Positions 25,901 through 38,127 of a DNA stretch of 64,000 nt are shown piece after piece (position 1 is the stretch's first letter; every line of letters begins with the position of its first letter). The stretch is from the NCBI GenBank assembly GCA_002104945.1, contig MCFH01000036.1:310001-374000 (forward strand), in the 5' to 3' direction. The position numbers were made by a program, and so were the translations under genes. Source of the DNA: Piromyces finnis finn (lineage: Eukaryota > Fungi > Neocallimastigomycota). The notes under the pieces were generated by a model. That model was given only the letters and a program-made list of their open reading frames with translations. It searched no databases and was not told the DNA's origin.

Positions 25901-27231
25901 TTCATTCTTATATTATAAGCAAAGTCTCTTATTATGCTCCTTTGCTTGGTTCCAACAAAAATAGAACTAGAAGAGTCCAATCTCTTATCAATACTGCTGT
26001 TTTATGGAGTGTCAATAGCTTTCACAATAAAAGTTTTAATAACAAAGATTTTGTTTTTGAACGAAATTCATTTATTAGTCTGTATGCTCTTACAAGAGAT
26101 ATGAAGATCCCTACCCTTTCAGGTATTTGTGCTGCGCAACAAGTGAAATGCTTTGTTAAATGGAGAAAATCAAATTGTATAATTAAAGATCTCGTCCGAT
26201 CTATTCCTCCCATGTCTCATTACTCTTGGGCCAAAGAATCTTGTTCACTACATAAGAAGCTTATGAAAATAAATATTAAAAGTACTAAAGATATTAGAGA
26301 ATATTATTGGAATAATAGTAGCCTAAATAATGGAAGTAAAGCCCTCAGATATACTAACAACAAATTCCTTAATTCAAATCGCCTAATGCATATCGGTCTC
26401 AACAAACCTCACTTAAATTTAGGAATTACCTGGATTATTCGTATTCGATGCGGTTATGAAAATACTACCCGAATTGCTATTGCCAGTAATAGAGTTACTC
26501 CTGACTGCCCTCGTGTCTGTCCATGTTGCGGATATGACGAACAATCTTTTTACCATTGGATATTAGAATGTTCTGCATTCTCTGAATACAGAGCTTCTTC
26601 ACTTAGCTTTCTTGACGATCTTTTTACCCTTTTTTACAATAAATATAAGAATCAATTCATCACATACTTACTCCCCGAAACGGAAGTAAGAAAAATAATT
26701 TATAACTATATTTTTACGTTCCTTCTTGGTGGAACTTTAGCTTATGATGAGCTACAAATCGATAAGGCGGAACAAAGACATTTGAATGAACAGCTTTACA
26801 GTTCATCGGGGTTTCATGTTCCATATGTAGAGGGTCTCGCGGCTTTTCTTACTAAAACAATCCCTATCATTAGTAGCTCTATGAAGCTACTTTTTGATAG
26901 GTTTAGTAAGACACCTAACGTAATCAAGAGCGCCGACGTCGTACCGATATGGCAAAGGAACATTTCCAATGTTCCGTACACAGGGTTCAATGTTAGTATT
27001 TCCTCAAATTCGAATGAAAACATTATGAACTCATGGGAGAGTTTAGTGGACACCACACTATCATACCTGATGTTACTTCTTTTTTTTATTTCATTTAATT
27101 TATTAGGTAGGGACCATTCCCACACAGTACAAATTGCAAAGTTCATTGAACTTTTATGCAACTTAAATAATTATTTTATATTATTTTATATTTATATTTT
27201 TATTTATATATATTTTATTATTTTTATTTAA
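22981..27231 (+). CDS. LINE polyprotein: AP-endonuclease, reverse transcriptase, C-terminal CCHC zinc knuckle (1416 aa, uninterrupted)
   Basis: APE motifs WNING, CLQE, GDFN, IDHI, SDH. RT motifs KAPGPDGIP, YRGISL, QFGFR, FLDLKKAYDSV, GVRQGCPLSPILFNLFIND, FADD, YTYLG. Zinc knuckle CPCC...HWILEC. Confidence 0.96.
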   Translation: MNNTNCTVPTLRRGLRFFGSNSNKSYLIFIHDLSSWSKQRLMEFLLKDIQPFNDILQSLTKKYSQSLGIYFILKVNGKCPLKAMLLIHSLSEKLPISSKISWKFIDKLKNNRSYKNKRSIKSTTGPLSDDFYFSHLSSNASFFNLCTCWNINGWNPEKKDGVLYFISVFKPVCVCLQEVGNSQFLCGNAISSPCLPNYKPVHRRANPKVPGMRGLYIGVHNSCSFTPEPLLYKYIISVTILSFWNQRCTIGNIYFPQTRWPDARLIAFDELDKWLTTHNKFNHPAILVGDFNMSAIKIKSYISQHFPDWTMAELTGNNFTWEKGSKSSCIDHIIYNKAMTEHINKSSVCEVFHDVSDHKPILVSCKKDSSDGFKKPKKTFKWSSHICNTKCSDILTSNRFAVLASELEANCDSLLADDMVSRFLDTSKTIGKEIKAIVPADLKGPAFHCPQYIKNLSHEKHLAYKNIKPLSDCADMENYLNQFSIYQNLCNTIKKVKSKFRSNLYKANIVSIGKHFIDKSFRQGWKGLKKLAKPSYSSSHVSTIKDKNGKDLFTPQEQLKRWAEHYENLASDVTNHSLNRGYWERAFQFNHINQIAWDINGPISIEEIRNVVLSMKNNKAPGPDGIPIEFFKAFFCNEELEKEHKSAGNCLKLIFNKIWNGSFPLKWNSASIVSIPKKGDLSDCNNYRGISLINVGLKIISKIVTNRISKYALSHNFIRPEQFGFRNKEECISLFISIREICQRRKFKGKATYVAFLDLKKAYDSVPIFNILTKLYKLGIRGKCFDFLNNLYSTSKARARFLDMLSNEFPINRGVRQGCPLSPILFNLFINDILNKCERLGVSLGNKRCCGGLFADDIVLIAPSKKNLQKMLNLVLDWANLNEMSFGINKCATIVVKPINFNRSPSYVDPTFYIGMYSIPKVSCYTYLGIPFDEDLSLTPILSNMYKKVQNSLFSFKNFLTNNCVPIGLKNIVIHSYIISKVSYYAPLLGSNKNRTRRVQSLINTAVLWSVNSFHNKSFNNKDFVFERNSFISLYALTRDMKIPTLSGICAAQQVKCFVKWRKSNCIIKDLVRSIPPMSHYSWAKESCSLHKKLMKINIKSTKDIREYYWNNSSLNNGSKALRYTNNKFLNSNRLMHIGLNKPHLNLGITWIIRIRCGYENTTRIAIASNRVTPDCPRVCPCCGYDEQSFYHWILECSAFSEYRASSLSFLDDLFTLFYNKYKNQFITYLLPETEVRKIIYNYIFTFLLGGTLAYDELQIDKAEQRHLNEQLYSSSGFHVPYVEGLAAFLTKTIPIISSSMKLLFDRFSKTPNVIKSADVVPIWQRNISNVPYTGFNVSISSNSNENIMNSWESLVDTTLSYLMLLLFFISFNLLGRDHSHTVQIAKFIELLCNLNNYFILFYIYIFIYIYFIIFI

Positions 27232-27326
27232 TATTTATTATATCAATATCAATATGTATTATCACCTAATGTTATGTAATATCTCAAATTAAATAAATAA
27301 ATAAAAGATGTGTATTCTCTTCCTAG

Positions 27327-27363
<37 letters not shown>

Positions 27364-28479
27364 GTATGTTTTTTTAATAATAAAAATGTAGTTATCTACT
27401 TTAGAATTCTAGAATAATTTTTTTATAATTTTCATTTTTTTATATACTCTATTATTTTTATTTATTTTTTTTTTCAAAAATTAAAAATAATTATGTATAA
27501 TAGTATAATAATATTTTTTTAAAGAAAAATTATTGATTGATATAATAAGAAATTAATATTATAAAATGAAACTTTAAGTACAAAGCTATTTCTTAACAAA
27601 AACAAAACCATTATTGATATATTTGATAATAAGCTATTGACTAATAAACAAATATAAGAATATTTATATTTATATAAAATTTATATAATATTAAAATATA
27701 TCATATTTTTGTATTTATTAATTGTCAATAAGATATTTCAATATTATATAAATTTAAATAAAAATATTTCAATGATTAATTGATTAAAATTCTTTAAAAA
27801 TAAATGCTTTAAACTCAGCTATATCTGATTTTTACAAAAAGAATTAAAATAGTAGTTGTTATTGATAATATATAATTAGTTATATCATTTTAAGTATGTT
27901 TTAAAAAATATATTAATATAATATTTATTATTAATTGTAAAAATAAGCTATACATTAAAAATATTTATAATTTTGAACAAATTTAATATATAATCATAAT
28001 AATCATAATATTAATTATATAAATTTAAAATTATTGAAATTTTATTTAATTAATAATATTAAAAAAACTAAAGGAATAATTATCATAATAATATGTTTTA
28101 CAAAAGAAATTTCTTTAATTTTTCAAATATGAAATTTATTTTTAAAAAAAAAATGAATAATCTATCATTAGACTAAAGAAATTCTTTCATCAACAAAATT
28201 AAATTTTTTATTATAATAAATAATAATATAACAAATTAAATTTTTATAATAAATAAACTTCAATATATAAATAAAGGAAATTCTATAAAAGATTTAAAAA
28301 ATACAAATTTAATTTTGAAATTTGCATATATGAATAATTAAAGCAATTTTCAAGAAATATTTTATTAATTATAATTTTTATTTATGAAGTAACAGGTTAT
28401 TAATAAACAAAAGTATTAATAATTTATAAATATTATTAATTTAATTATTTTTTATTAAAACATTCCTATATAATAATTT

Positions 28480-28660
28480 GAATGGTTCTTTCATGAGTTC
28501 TTAATACTTTCATTCACTAAAATACTAACATTGTACTCTGTGTGCAGAACATTAGTAATGTTTTTTTACCATATTGGTATGACGTATACTCTCTTGGTTT
28601 TACTAAGCCTATCAAAAAGTAGCATAATAGAATTACTAATGATAAGGATTATTATTGTAA
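28480..28660 (-). mobile_element. Degenerate fragment of the same LINE family (3' part of the ORF), inverted relative to the intact copy
   Basis: Reverse complement reads ...ATCCTTATCATTAGTAATTCTATTATGCTACTTTTTGATAGGCTTAGTAAAACC...CCAATATGG...CAATGTTAGTATTT...GAACTCATG. This aligns with 26855-27035 (ATCCCTATCATTAGTAGCTCTATGAAGCTACTTTTTGATAGGTTTAGTAAG...CAATGTTAGTATTT...GAACTCATG). Confidence 0.8.
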
Positions 28661-29584
28661 AAAAAAAAAAAAAAGTTGCTAAACATTCTATATATTAATC
28701 ATGAGAATTTGATGAATTGTAAACCTATATAAAATTTTAATATTAATTTTTCCATTTAAATGAATAAAATATATTATCAATGATTTCAGAAATTTAAAAA
28801 AAATATAAAGAAATTATGTTAATAACATTATTTTACATTTAATTGTTTATAAAGATAATAAATGAAGTATATGTATTTATATATAATATTTATTTTAATT
28901 ACATTTTATATGATCTAAATTTATTTTATATTAATATAATAATAATTTAAATTTTTAGAAATTTGATTATGAGTGTTACTATAGAATTAAAAATATTGGT
29001 GTAGTATTAATGTAACTTTTAAAAAGAGAAATATAAGTAGAATATTTTTTAAAAATAAAAATATTTTATAATATTTTTATAAATATTAATATATTGATAT
29101 AATAGATATAAATAATTAAATAATAAGGAATAAATATAAATATGAATGTTGTATATGTTATATATACATATTTATAATAAATTTATAAAGTTTAAATCAT
29201 ATAAAATAGTTAGTTTTAATAATATAATAAAAATATATAAATATATAATAATCATATAATAATCATAAAATAATCATAAAATAATCATAAAATAATCATA
29301 TAATAATAATAATAAAATAATTATATATTTATAATATTAAAATAAAATATTTAAAATATTAAATAATATTAGTATTTAATAACTTATATATTTAAAATAT
29401 ATAGTAATAGTGTTAATTATTATTTCTTTTTTTTTTAAATATTATTTGTAGTTAATTTGCGAATTGTTATAATATATAAACATAATATATATTATATATT
29501 TTGCGAAAAATGTTACTTTGTATTCTTGAAATAATTGAATTTTTAGAAATATTTGAAATTTTTTGTATTATTATTTAATTTAAA

Positions 29585-29685
29585 AATTTTCAATAATAAA
29601 AATTTTCAATAATAAAAATTTTCAATAATAAAAATTTTCAATAATAAAAATTTTCAATAATAAAAATTTTTAATAATAAAAATTA
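29585..29685. repeat. 16 bp minisatellite (CAATAATAAAAATTTT)n downstream of the LRR genes
   Basis: About 5 perfect units here, ~2 in copy 1 (near 20800-20830), ~6 in copy 3 (35281-35410). Confidence 0.85.
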
Positions 29686-29875
29686 TTATTATTCTATTCA
29701 TTTGAAATTGAGAATTAAATTATTCATTTCATTTGATTTTTAATTATTATTTTAGAGTTTTAGTTTTGCTTTTGATTATTATTATTATTGTTATTATACA
29801 ATTCGATTCATATTTGTTGTATTTTCTTTTCCTTTCTTCCAATTTAATTAAAGTAAATTGGTATTGTTAAGATAT

Positions 29876-30790
29876 TTAAAATAATTGTTTAATGACATTT
29901 CTTAATTTTAAATTTAATGTTTTAAGAATATCTAAAAACCAATATAATAATTGATCAAGATAATCCTTAATACTTTTATCAATTTGAACATTATTATTTC
30001 CATCATTGTTTAAATTTTGAATATTGTTTGTATTATTATTTGTATTGTTTGTATTTGTAGTATTATTATTATTACTATTATTATCAATTTCAGAAGTTTG
30101 ATATGCCATAATAATAGTTGTAGTAGTTATTTCAGTTTTAGTATTTGATGAAGAAGTAAAAGTTGGTTTATTATCAGTAGAAGTAGTAGAGAAAGTAGTG
30201 GTAGAAGGTGTAGTATGGGTAGTAGTAACACCAGTAGTAATAGTAGTTATTTCATTTTCATTATTGGATAAATTAGAATTAGATGAACCAATTCCAAGTA
30301 CATTAATTACTTCTGAAAACCAGTTAAATATTTGACGAAGATAATCTTTTGTATTTTCATCGATATCAACATCACTTTCTTCTTCATCAATATCAATATT
30401 TGAATTTTGATTATTTTCATCATTTTTATTATTAATATTTTCATCATTTTTATTATTATTATTATTTATAATAATATTACTATTGTCATCTACTTCATCA
30501 TCAGAATCACTATTATCATTGTAATCGATTTCTGGAACTTTGGTTTGTATAATAACAGAAGTAGTAGTATTAATAGCCTTATTAATAGTAGTAGTTGTAT
30601 TACTATTGGTATTAATAGAAGTTGTAATAGAAGTTGTAATAGTACTAGTATTAGTATTAGTGGTAGTAACTAATTCATTTTTATTATTTGATAATGTAGT
30701 AGTTGGTTTATTTTCATTAACAATAATTGTTTCTGTTTTGTCATCAGATAAATTAGAAGTAGGTTTATTTTCAGTAGTAGTAGCAGTAGC

Positions 30791-30850
<60 letters not shown>

Positions 30851-33800
30851 TTCAATGATAGTTGATTCAACTTCAGTTATATTAGAAGAACATGTTTTTT
30901 TCAAATCATTAAGGCTAATATCAAAATAAATATCTTCGTTTGATGATGTATCTTTATATAATTTTGAATTTTGAATATTACTATTAATAATTTTTTTGAA
31001 TTATTTATAATTTTATAAACATAATTAATAATATACGTAATATTTAAAAAATTATATTTAATATTTAAAAAATTATATTTAATATTTAAAAAATTATATT
31101 TAATATTTAAAAAATTATATTTAATATTTAAAAAATTATATTTAATATTTAAAAAATTATATTTAATATTTAAAAAATTATATTTAATATTTAAAAAATT
31201 ATATTTAATATTTAAAAAATTATATTTAATATTTAAAAAATTATATTTAATATTTAAAAATTATAGTTAGTATATATATTAATTTTAATAGAAAAAACTA
31301 TTATTTATTTGTTATTAATTATTATATTAAATATGCTTTACAGTTCATCAAGTTTTGGTAAACAAGCAATATCATTTAAAACATCTTTTCCAATAATAAA
31401 GTTTTCCATATCCCTAATATTATTAAAATATAATATTTTTAATTAACATTATTTATTATTTAATATTTTTATTTGATTATATTTTATTTTTTTATTCATT
31501 TTTATTTAAACTTACAAAGATTTTAATTCTTTTAACTCTGATAATCTAAAATTAAAATCAGTATATTTTGGACCATGTAAATTTTCTGTATTTATTGACC
31601 TGATAAATTGACATAGTAAGACAAATAATTATTATAAAAAGTTAATATTTTTATATTATAGAATCAGTTATATATACAAAGATTAATTATTTAATAATTT
31701 GTAAATATATTTATTACAAAGATTGAAGATTTTTTAATTGATTTATTGATTGTTCGGTATTGTTCGATATATCATAAAGTACTGTATTGATGCAATTACT
31801 AAAAAAATATTACATAGTAGTATATAATATTTTATTAGAAAATTAATTATTAATTAAAATAAAATGTATTATTTTTATAGGATAATTTTATATTACAGTT
31901 CTTTAAGATTAGAAGAGAATGAAATCTCTTTCATTTGTTCATCACTTAATTCAACTCCACTAAGTTTTCTATAATAATTATTTATTTTAAATAATAATAT
32001 AAAAATATAAAATTAGTATTAGGTATTAGTCATTTAAAATAAGATAAATTATATAGGTTAATCGTTTTAATTGAACTTTGACTAATTAATAATTACAATG
32101 TCTCTATATTATTGGATGTTGGTAGTTTAAATTCCAATCTTGCACTCAAATGCGAATATATTGAAAGCATTAATGGATTATACCTAAATTCTCTATAAAA
32201 TATTTTTTATTGATTTATAAATGGAAATGTTAATATATTTATAAATGTTAATTTATAATAATTTTTAAAATTTACATATTTTTGAGTTTATGTGATTTTC
32301 TTAAATCAATCGAATCTTCGTTTGAAGAATTAATTCCATTAAATGAAGCACACCTAAAACAAAAGAAATTGAACATAGTATCAGTATTAGTATAATTAAT
32401 AATATTAATATAATATATTTATTAATTCTTTATAATTATTATCTTCATTAATTATTTAATATTACAATTTTTCAATACTTGAAGGAATATCAATTTCTGA
32501 AAGGTTTGATGACCTTAATGATCTAATAACATTTTATTCATTAAATATTTATTATATTAAATTTTAATTTTATATAATAGTTATAATATTCAGATATTAA
32601 ACTTTTTATATTATCTAATATTTCATTACTTACAATTCTTTTAATGGACCATCAATATTATTTAATAAGTTATTTATAGATTCAAAACTAGTATTATATT
32701 CAAAGGAAGCAAATCCAAGTATACTCTCTACGATAGTCCTAATTTTATAAAATATAATAATAATAATATTTAATTAATATATTATTATTAATAAATTATT
32801 AATATAATGTTAACAATTTATCACTTTATTATTTATTATTACTTAATATTGTTTAATTCTTTAAATTTTTAAATATCTTATATCTTACATTTTAGATAAT
32901 TTATCAAGATTTTTTAATGGTTTATAATCAATAGAATCTTCAAGATAACAATTTTCAAAAGATCTATTATATTATAAAATACATAATATTAATTATATTG
33001 CTTTAAAATTTTAATTAAAGCATTTTAAGTATTTATTGTGAATTTTATAATAAAATGATAGATACAATTCTTCTAAATTTTTTGATTGAGAAATTTCATT
33101 AATATTATCTTGTGATATTCTAACTCCATGTAATTTTCTATAATTATGATTTAAAGATTAATAATAAATAGCAATTTAAGTTATCAATATGATGTAATTT
33201 ATATAAAATATATAATAATAGATATTTATATAAATATTTAATAGTCTTATTACAAAGTCTTTAATTTATTTAAGTTATTTAAAAAACCCTTTTCAATTTT
33301 CTTTAAGTAGTATCTAGGACAACTCGTTGAACATTCATTAGTAGTCGCATAATGATTGATATTTCTATTGTAGATTTTATTTAAAAAATTTAATATTCGT
33401 ATATATAATATAATTTAATATAATTATATTAAAAAAATCTTACAAATATTCTAAATTTTGTAATTTTAAAATTGAGGGTGATATTCCTAAATATTTTCCA
33501 GGCTTTTCTTCATAATCATATATATCCCAATAATAGACATTATATTCTCTAATTTTTATTATTTATTATATATATTAGATATATATAATGTATTTAATAA
33601 AAAAATTAGAGTTTAAAAAAATAATAAATAAAATTATATTGTAATATTTATAACCTACAAGTTAGTAATAGTATCATATGATAAAAGTTTTTCAATTTGT
33701 TCCTCTGTCGATCCATCTCTAATATGAACATTTCTGTATTAATTATATAAAAAAGTTATCATTTTTATTTATTTATTTATTTATATTTCACTTTCTCTTA

Positions 33801-34068
33801 TATACATTATATATATATAATATATATATATTTATTAATTAAAATACAACATAATAACTTACAAATAGTCAACTTTTCCAGAATCATTAACTTTGCATAT
33901 TTTTTCTTTTTCGTTAAAAAGTAGAAAATCATTATACGTGTTGAAATTTCCTAAATATTTTATAATGTCATCACATTCATCTTCTTTTAAGTCTATTGCT
34001 TTGCCATTAACAAATGGTAAAGTTAATGACAATAACCTTAGTGTGTTTAATATATAATCAAATTTCAT
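29876..34068 (-). CDS. Secreted LRR protein with Thr/Ser/Asn-rich stalk, copy 2 (15 exons, appears intact)
   Basis: All 15 exons of copy 1 are recognisable in inverted orientation with conserved GT-AG sites and no stops seen. Exon 3 is 12 nt shorter and highly diverged. Confidence 0.85.
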
Positions 34069-35607
34069 GTTGTGATTTTACAATTTTTAAGTTTCCTTTT
34101 TTTTTATCTCTTTCTAATTTATTATAATAATGTTGTTGTTATTGTCTTAATCGTTTTTTATTGATATTACACTAATAAAATATTTAAAAGTCTTTATAAT
34201 AAATAATAAGATAAATAATAAAAAAAAAAAAAAAAAAAAAAAAGAAGGAAAAGAAAAAATGAAATTCTTTTTATAAAAAAATAAAAAATTAATTAAAAAA
34301 ATTTAATTTATTTTTAAAGCTACCCAATATATTAAAATGTATTTTTAATATAAAGATTTTTTTGTAATTATATTATTAATTATTGAATATTCTTTTTGAA
34401 TATTCTTTTAAAAGTTTAATATATAAACAATTAATACTAATATATGCAAGATTATTTTAACAATTTATTATTTAATTCTTAATTAACATGAAATTTGATA
34501 ATTGAGAGATTAAAAAATTAATTAAATTCATAATTCATTACTCTGAAATTTTATTTACATTCATTTTTATTTTTGATTTTACTTTTTACTACCAACATTA
34601 ACAAAAGATATAAACAATAATGACAGATACTAAAATATGAAATATTGGAAAGATCAACCTTTCTTGGATTGAAACAATATACGAAAATATAAAATTTTTT
34701 TATTTCAAATAAAATGAACTAATCAAAACTTTGTTGAAAATAATTTTAATACATTTTAAAATTATCATAATAATTTATATAATATGCATTTGTTTCTTTC
34801 AATATAACTGTTTAAAAATAAAAAATTAAACTTTTAAATATATTAATATATCAAATTCAAAAGTAAATTAATAGTTTTTGTTCTGTTATTAAATAAAATA
34901 ATTAAAATATTATACTTAAAAATTATATTGAGAATCTTATAAATATAAAATATAAAAGGATGTTTTATTAATAATATTATTTAACGCATAAATATTTATA
35001 AAAAATAATAAAAAGAAAAATATATACTTATGTATTTATTTTAATTACAATATTACTAAATAGCATTTAAATTTTTAGAAATTTGATAATAAATATCACT
35101 AAATATTTTAAAAAATAGTAATGTAACTATTAAAAAAGTAAAATATTGATATAGTTTTTTTAAAATAAAACATTTTATAATATATATATTATATATTTTG
35201 CGAAAAATGTTACTTTGTATTCTTGAAATAATTGAATTTTTAGAAATATTTGAAATTTTTTGTATTATTATTTAATTTAAAAATTTTCAATAATAAAAAT
35301 TTTCAATAATAAAAATTTTCAATAATAAAAATTTTCAATAATAAAAATTTTCAATAATAAAAATTTTCAATAATAAAAATTTTTAATAATAAAAATTTTT
35401 AATAATAAAAATTATTATTATTCTATTCATTTGAAATTGAGAATTAAATTATTCATTTCATTTGATTTTTAATTATTATTTTAGAGTTTTAGTTTTGCTT
35501 TTGATTATTATTATTATTATTGTTATTATTCAATTCGATTCATATTTGTTGTATTTTCTTTTCCTTTCTTCCAATTTAATTAAAGTAAATTGGTATTGTT
35601 AAGATAT

Positions 35608-36140
35608 TTAAAATAATTGTTTAATGACATTTCTTAATTTTAAATTTAATGTTTTAAGAATATCTAAAAACCAATATATAAATATTGATCAAGATAATCT
35701 TTAACACTTTTATCAATTTGAACATTATTATTTCCATCATTGTTTAAATTTTGAATATTGTTTGTATTATTATTTGTATTGTTTGTATTTGTAGTATTAT
35801 TATTATTACTATTATTATCAATTTCAGAAGTTTGATATGCCATAATAATAGTTGTAGTAGTTATTTCAGTTTTAGTATTTGATGAAGAAGTAAAAGTTGG
35901 TTTATTATCAGTAGAAGTAGTAGAGGAAGTAGTGGTAGAAGGTGTAGTATAAGTAGTAGCAACACCAGTAGTAATAATAGTTATTTCATTTTCATTATTG
36001 GATAAATTAGTGGTAGTAACTAATTCATTTTTATTATTTGATAATGTAGTAGTTGGTTTATTTTCATTAACAATAATTGTTTCTGTTTTGTCATCAGATA
36101 AATTAGAAGTAGGTTTATTTTCAGTAGTAGTAGCAGTAGC

Positions 36141-36197
<57 letters not shown>

Positions 36198-38092
36198 TTC
36201 AATGATAGTTGATTCAACTTCAGTTATATTAGAAGAACATGTTTTTTTCAAATCATTAAGGCTAATATCAAAATAAATATCTTCGTTTGATGATGTATCT
36301 TTATATAATTTTGAATTTTGAATATTACTATTAATAATTTTTTTGAATTATTTATAATTTTATAAACATAATTAATAATATACGTAATATTTAAAAAATT
36401 ATATTTAATATTTAAAAAATTATATTTAATATTTAAAAAATTATATTTAATATTTAAAAAATTATATTTAATATTTAAAAAATTATATTTAATATTTAAA
36501 AATTATAGTTAGTATATATATTAATTTGAATAGAAAAAATTATTATTTATTTGTTATTAATTATTATATTAAATATGCTTTACAGTTCATCAAGTTTTGG
36601 TAAACAAGCAATATCATTTAAAACATCTTTTCCAATTATAAAGTTTTCCATATCCCTAATATTATTAAAATATAATATTTTTAATTAACATTATTTATTA
36701 TTTAATATTTTTATTTGATTATATTTTATTTTTTTATTCATTTTTATTTAAACTTACAAAGATTTTAATTCTTTTAACTCTGATAATCTAAAATTAAAAT
36801 CAGTATATTTTGGACCATGTAAATTTTCTGTATTTATTGACCTGATAAATTGACATATTAAGACAAATAATTATTATAAAAAGTTAATATTTTTATATTA
36901 TAGAATCAGTTATATATACAAAGATTAATTATTTAATAATTTGTAAATATATTTATTACAAAGATTGAAGATTTTTTAATTGATTTATTGATTGTTCGGT
37001 ATTGTTCGATATTTTATAAAATACTGTATTGATGCAATTACTAAAAAAAATTACAAAGTGGTATATAATATTTTATTAGAAAATTAATTATTAATTAAAA
37101 TAAAATGTATTATTTTTATAGGATAATTTTATATTACAGTTCTTTAAGATTAGAAGAGAATGAAATCTCTTTCATTTGTTCATCACTTAATTCAACTCTA
37201 CTAAGTTTTCTATAATAATTGTTTATTTTAAATAATAATATAAAAATATAAAATTAGTATTAGGTATTAGTCATTTAAAATAAGATAAATTATATAGGTT
37301 AATCGTTTTAATTGAACTTTGACTAATTAATAATTACAATGTCTCTATATTATTGGATGTTGGTAGTTTAAATTCCAATCTTGCACTCAAATGCGAATAT
37401 ATTGAAAGCATTAATGGATTATACCTAAATTCTCTATAAAATATTTTTTATTGATTTATAAATGGAAATGTTAATATATTTATAAATGTTAATTTATAAT
37501 AATTTTTAAAATTTACATATTTTTGAGTTTATGTGATTTTCTTAAATCAATCGAATCTTCGTTTGAAAAATTAATTCCATTATATGAAGCATATCTAAAA
37601 GAAATTGAACATAGTATCAGTATTAGTATAATTAATAATATTAATATAATGTATTTATTAATTCTTTATAATTATTATCTTCATTAATTATTTAATATTA
37701 CAATTTTTCAATACTTGAAGGAATATTAATTTCTGAAAGGTCATCAAACCTTTCAGAAATTATTAATGTTCTAAATTTTTTAATTTTAAAATTGAGGGTG
37801 ATATTCCTAAATATTTTCCAGGCTTTTCTTCATATTCATATATATCCCTATAATAGACACTATATTCTCTAATTTTTATTATTTATTATATATATTAGAT
37901 ATATATAATGTATTTAATAAAAAAATTAGAGTTTAAAAAAATAATAAATAAAATTATATTGTAATATTTATAACCTACAAGTTAGTAATAGTATCATATG
38001 ATAAAAGTTTTTCAATTTGTTCCTCTGTCGATCCATCTCTAATATGAACATTTCTGTATTAATGTATTAGTTATATAAAAAAGTTATCATTT

Positions 38093-38127
<35 letters not shown>

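Larger units (their letters stand above)
21570..27362 (+). mobile_element. Non-LTR retrotransposon (LINE) with long 5' region, single APE-RT ORF and ~33 nt poly(A) tail; 5' boundary inferred
   Basis: Sequence departs from the inverted-repeat arm at 21570, the ORF spans 22981-27231, and the A-run is at ~27330-27362. No target-site duplication is visible. An internal A-run at 22481-22503 makes the true 5' end uncertain. Confidence 0.85.
28849..34350 (-). repeat. Right arm of the ~5.4 kb inverted segmental duplication
   Basis: Reverse complement of 16215-21569 with SNPs and VNTR length differences. Confidence 0.9.

Noticed and set aside
16215-34350. Inverted repeat as a fold-back sequencing artefact
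   Set aside because: The arms differ by many SNPs, a diverged exon and VNTR counts. A haplotype mis-join is not fully excluded.
19553-36276. Poly-Val, poly-Leu and poly-Ile ORFs (19553-19948, 19609-19818, 19815-20057, 20129-20320, 30407-30929, 30670-30870, 35998-36276, 36020-36217)
   Set aside because: Antisense or off-frame shadows of the Thr/Asn-rich last exon.
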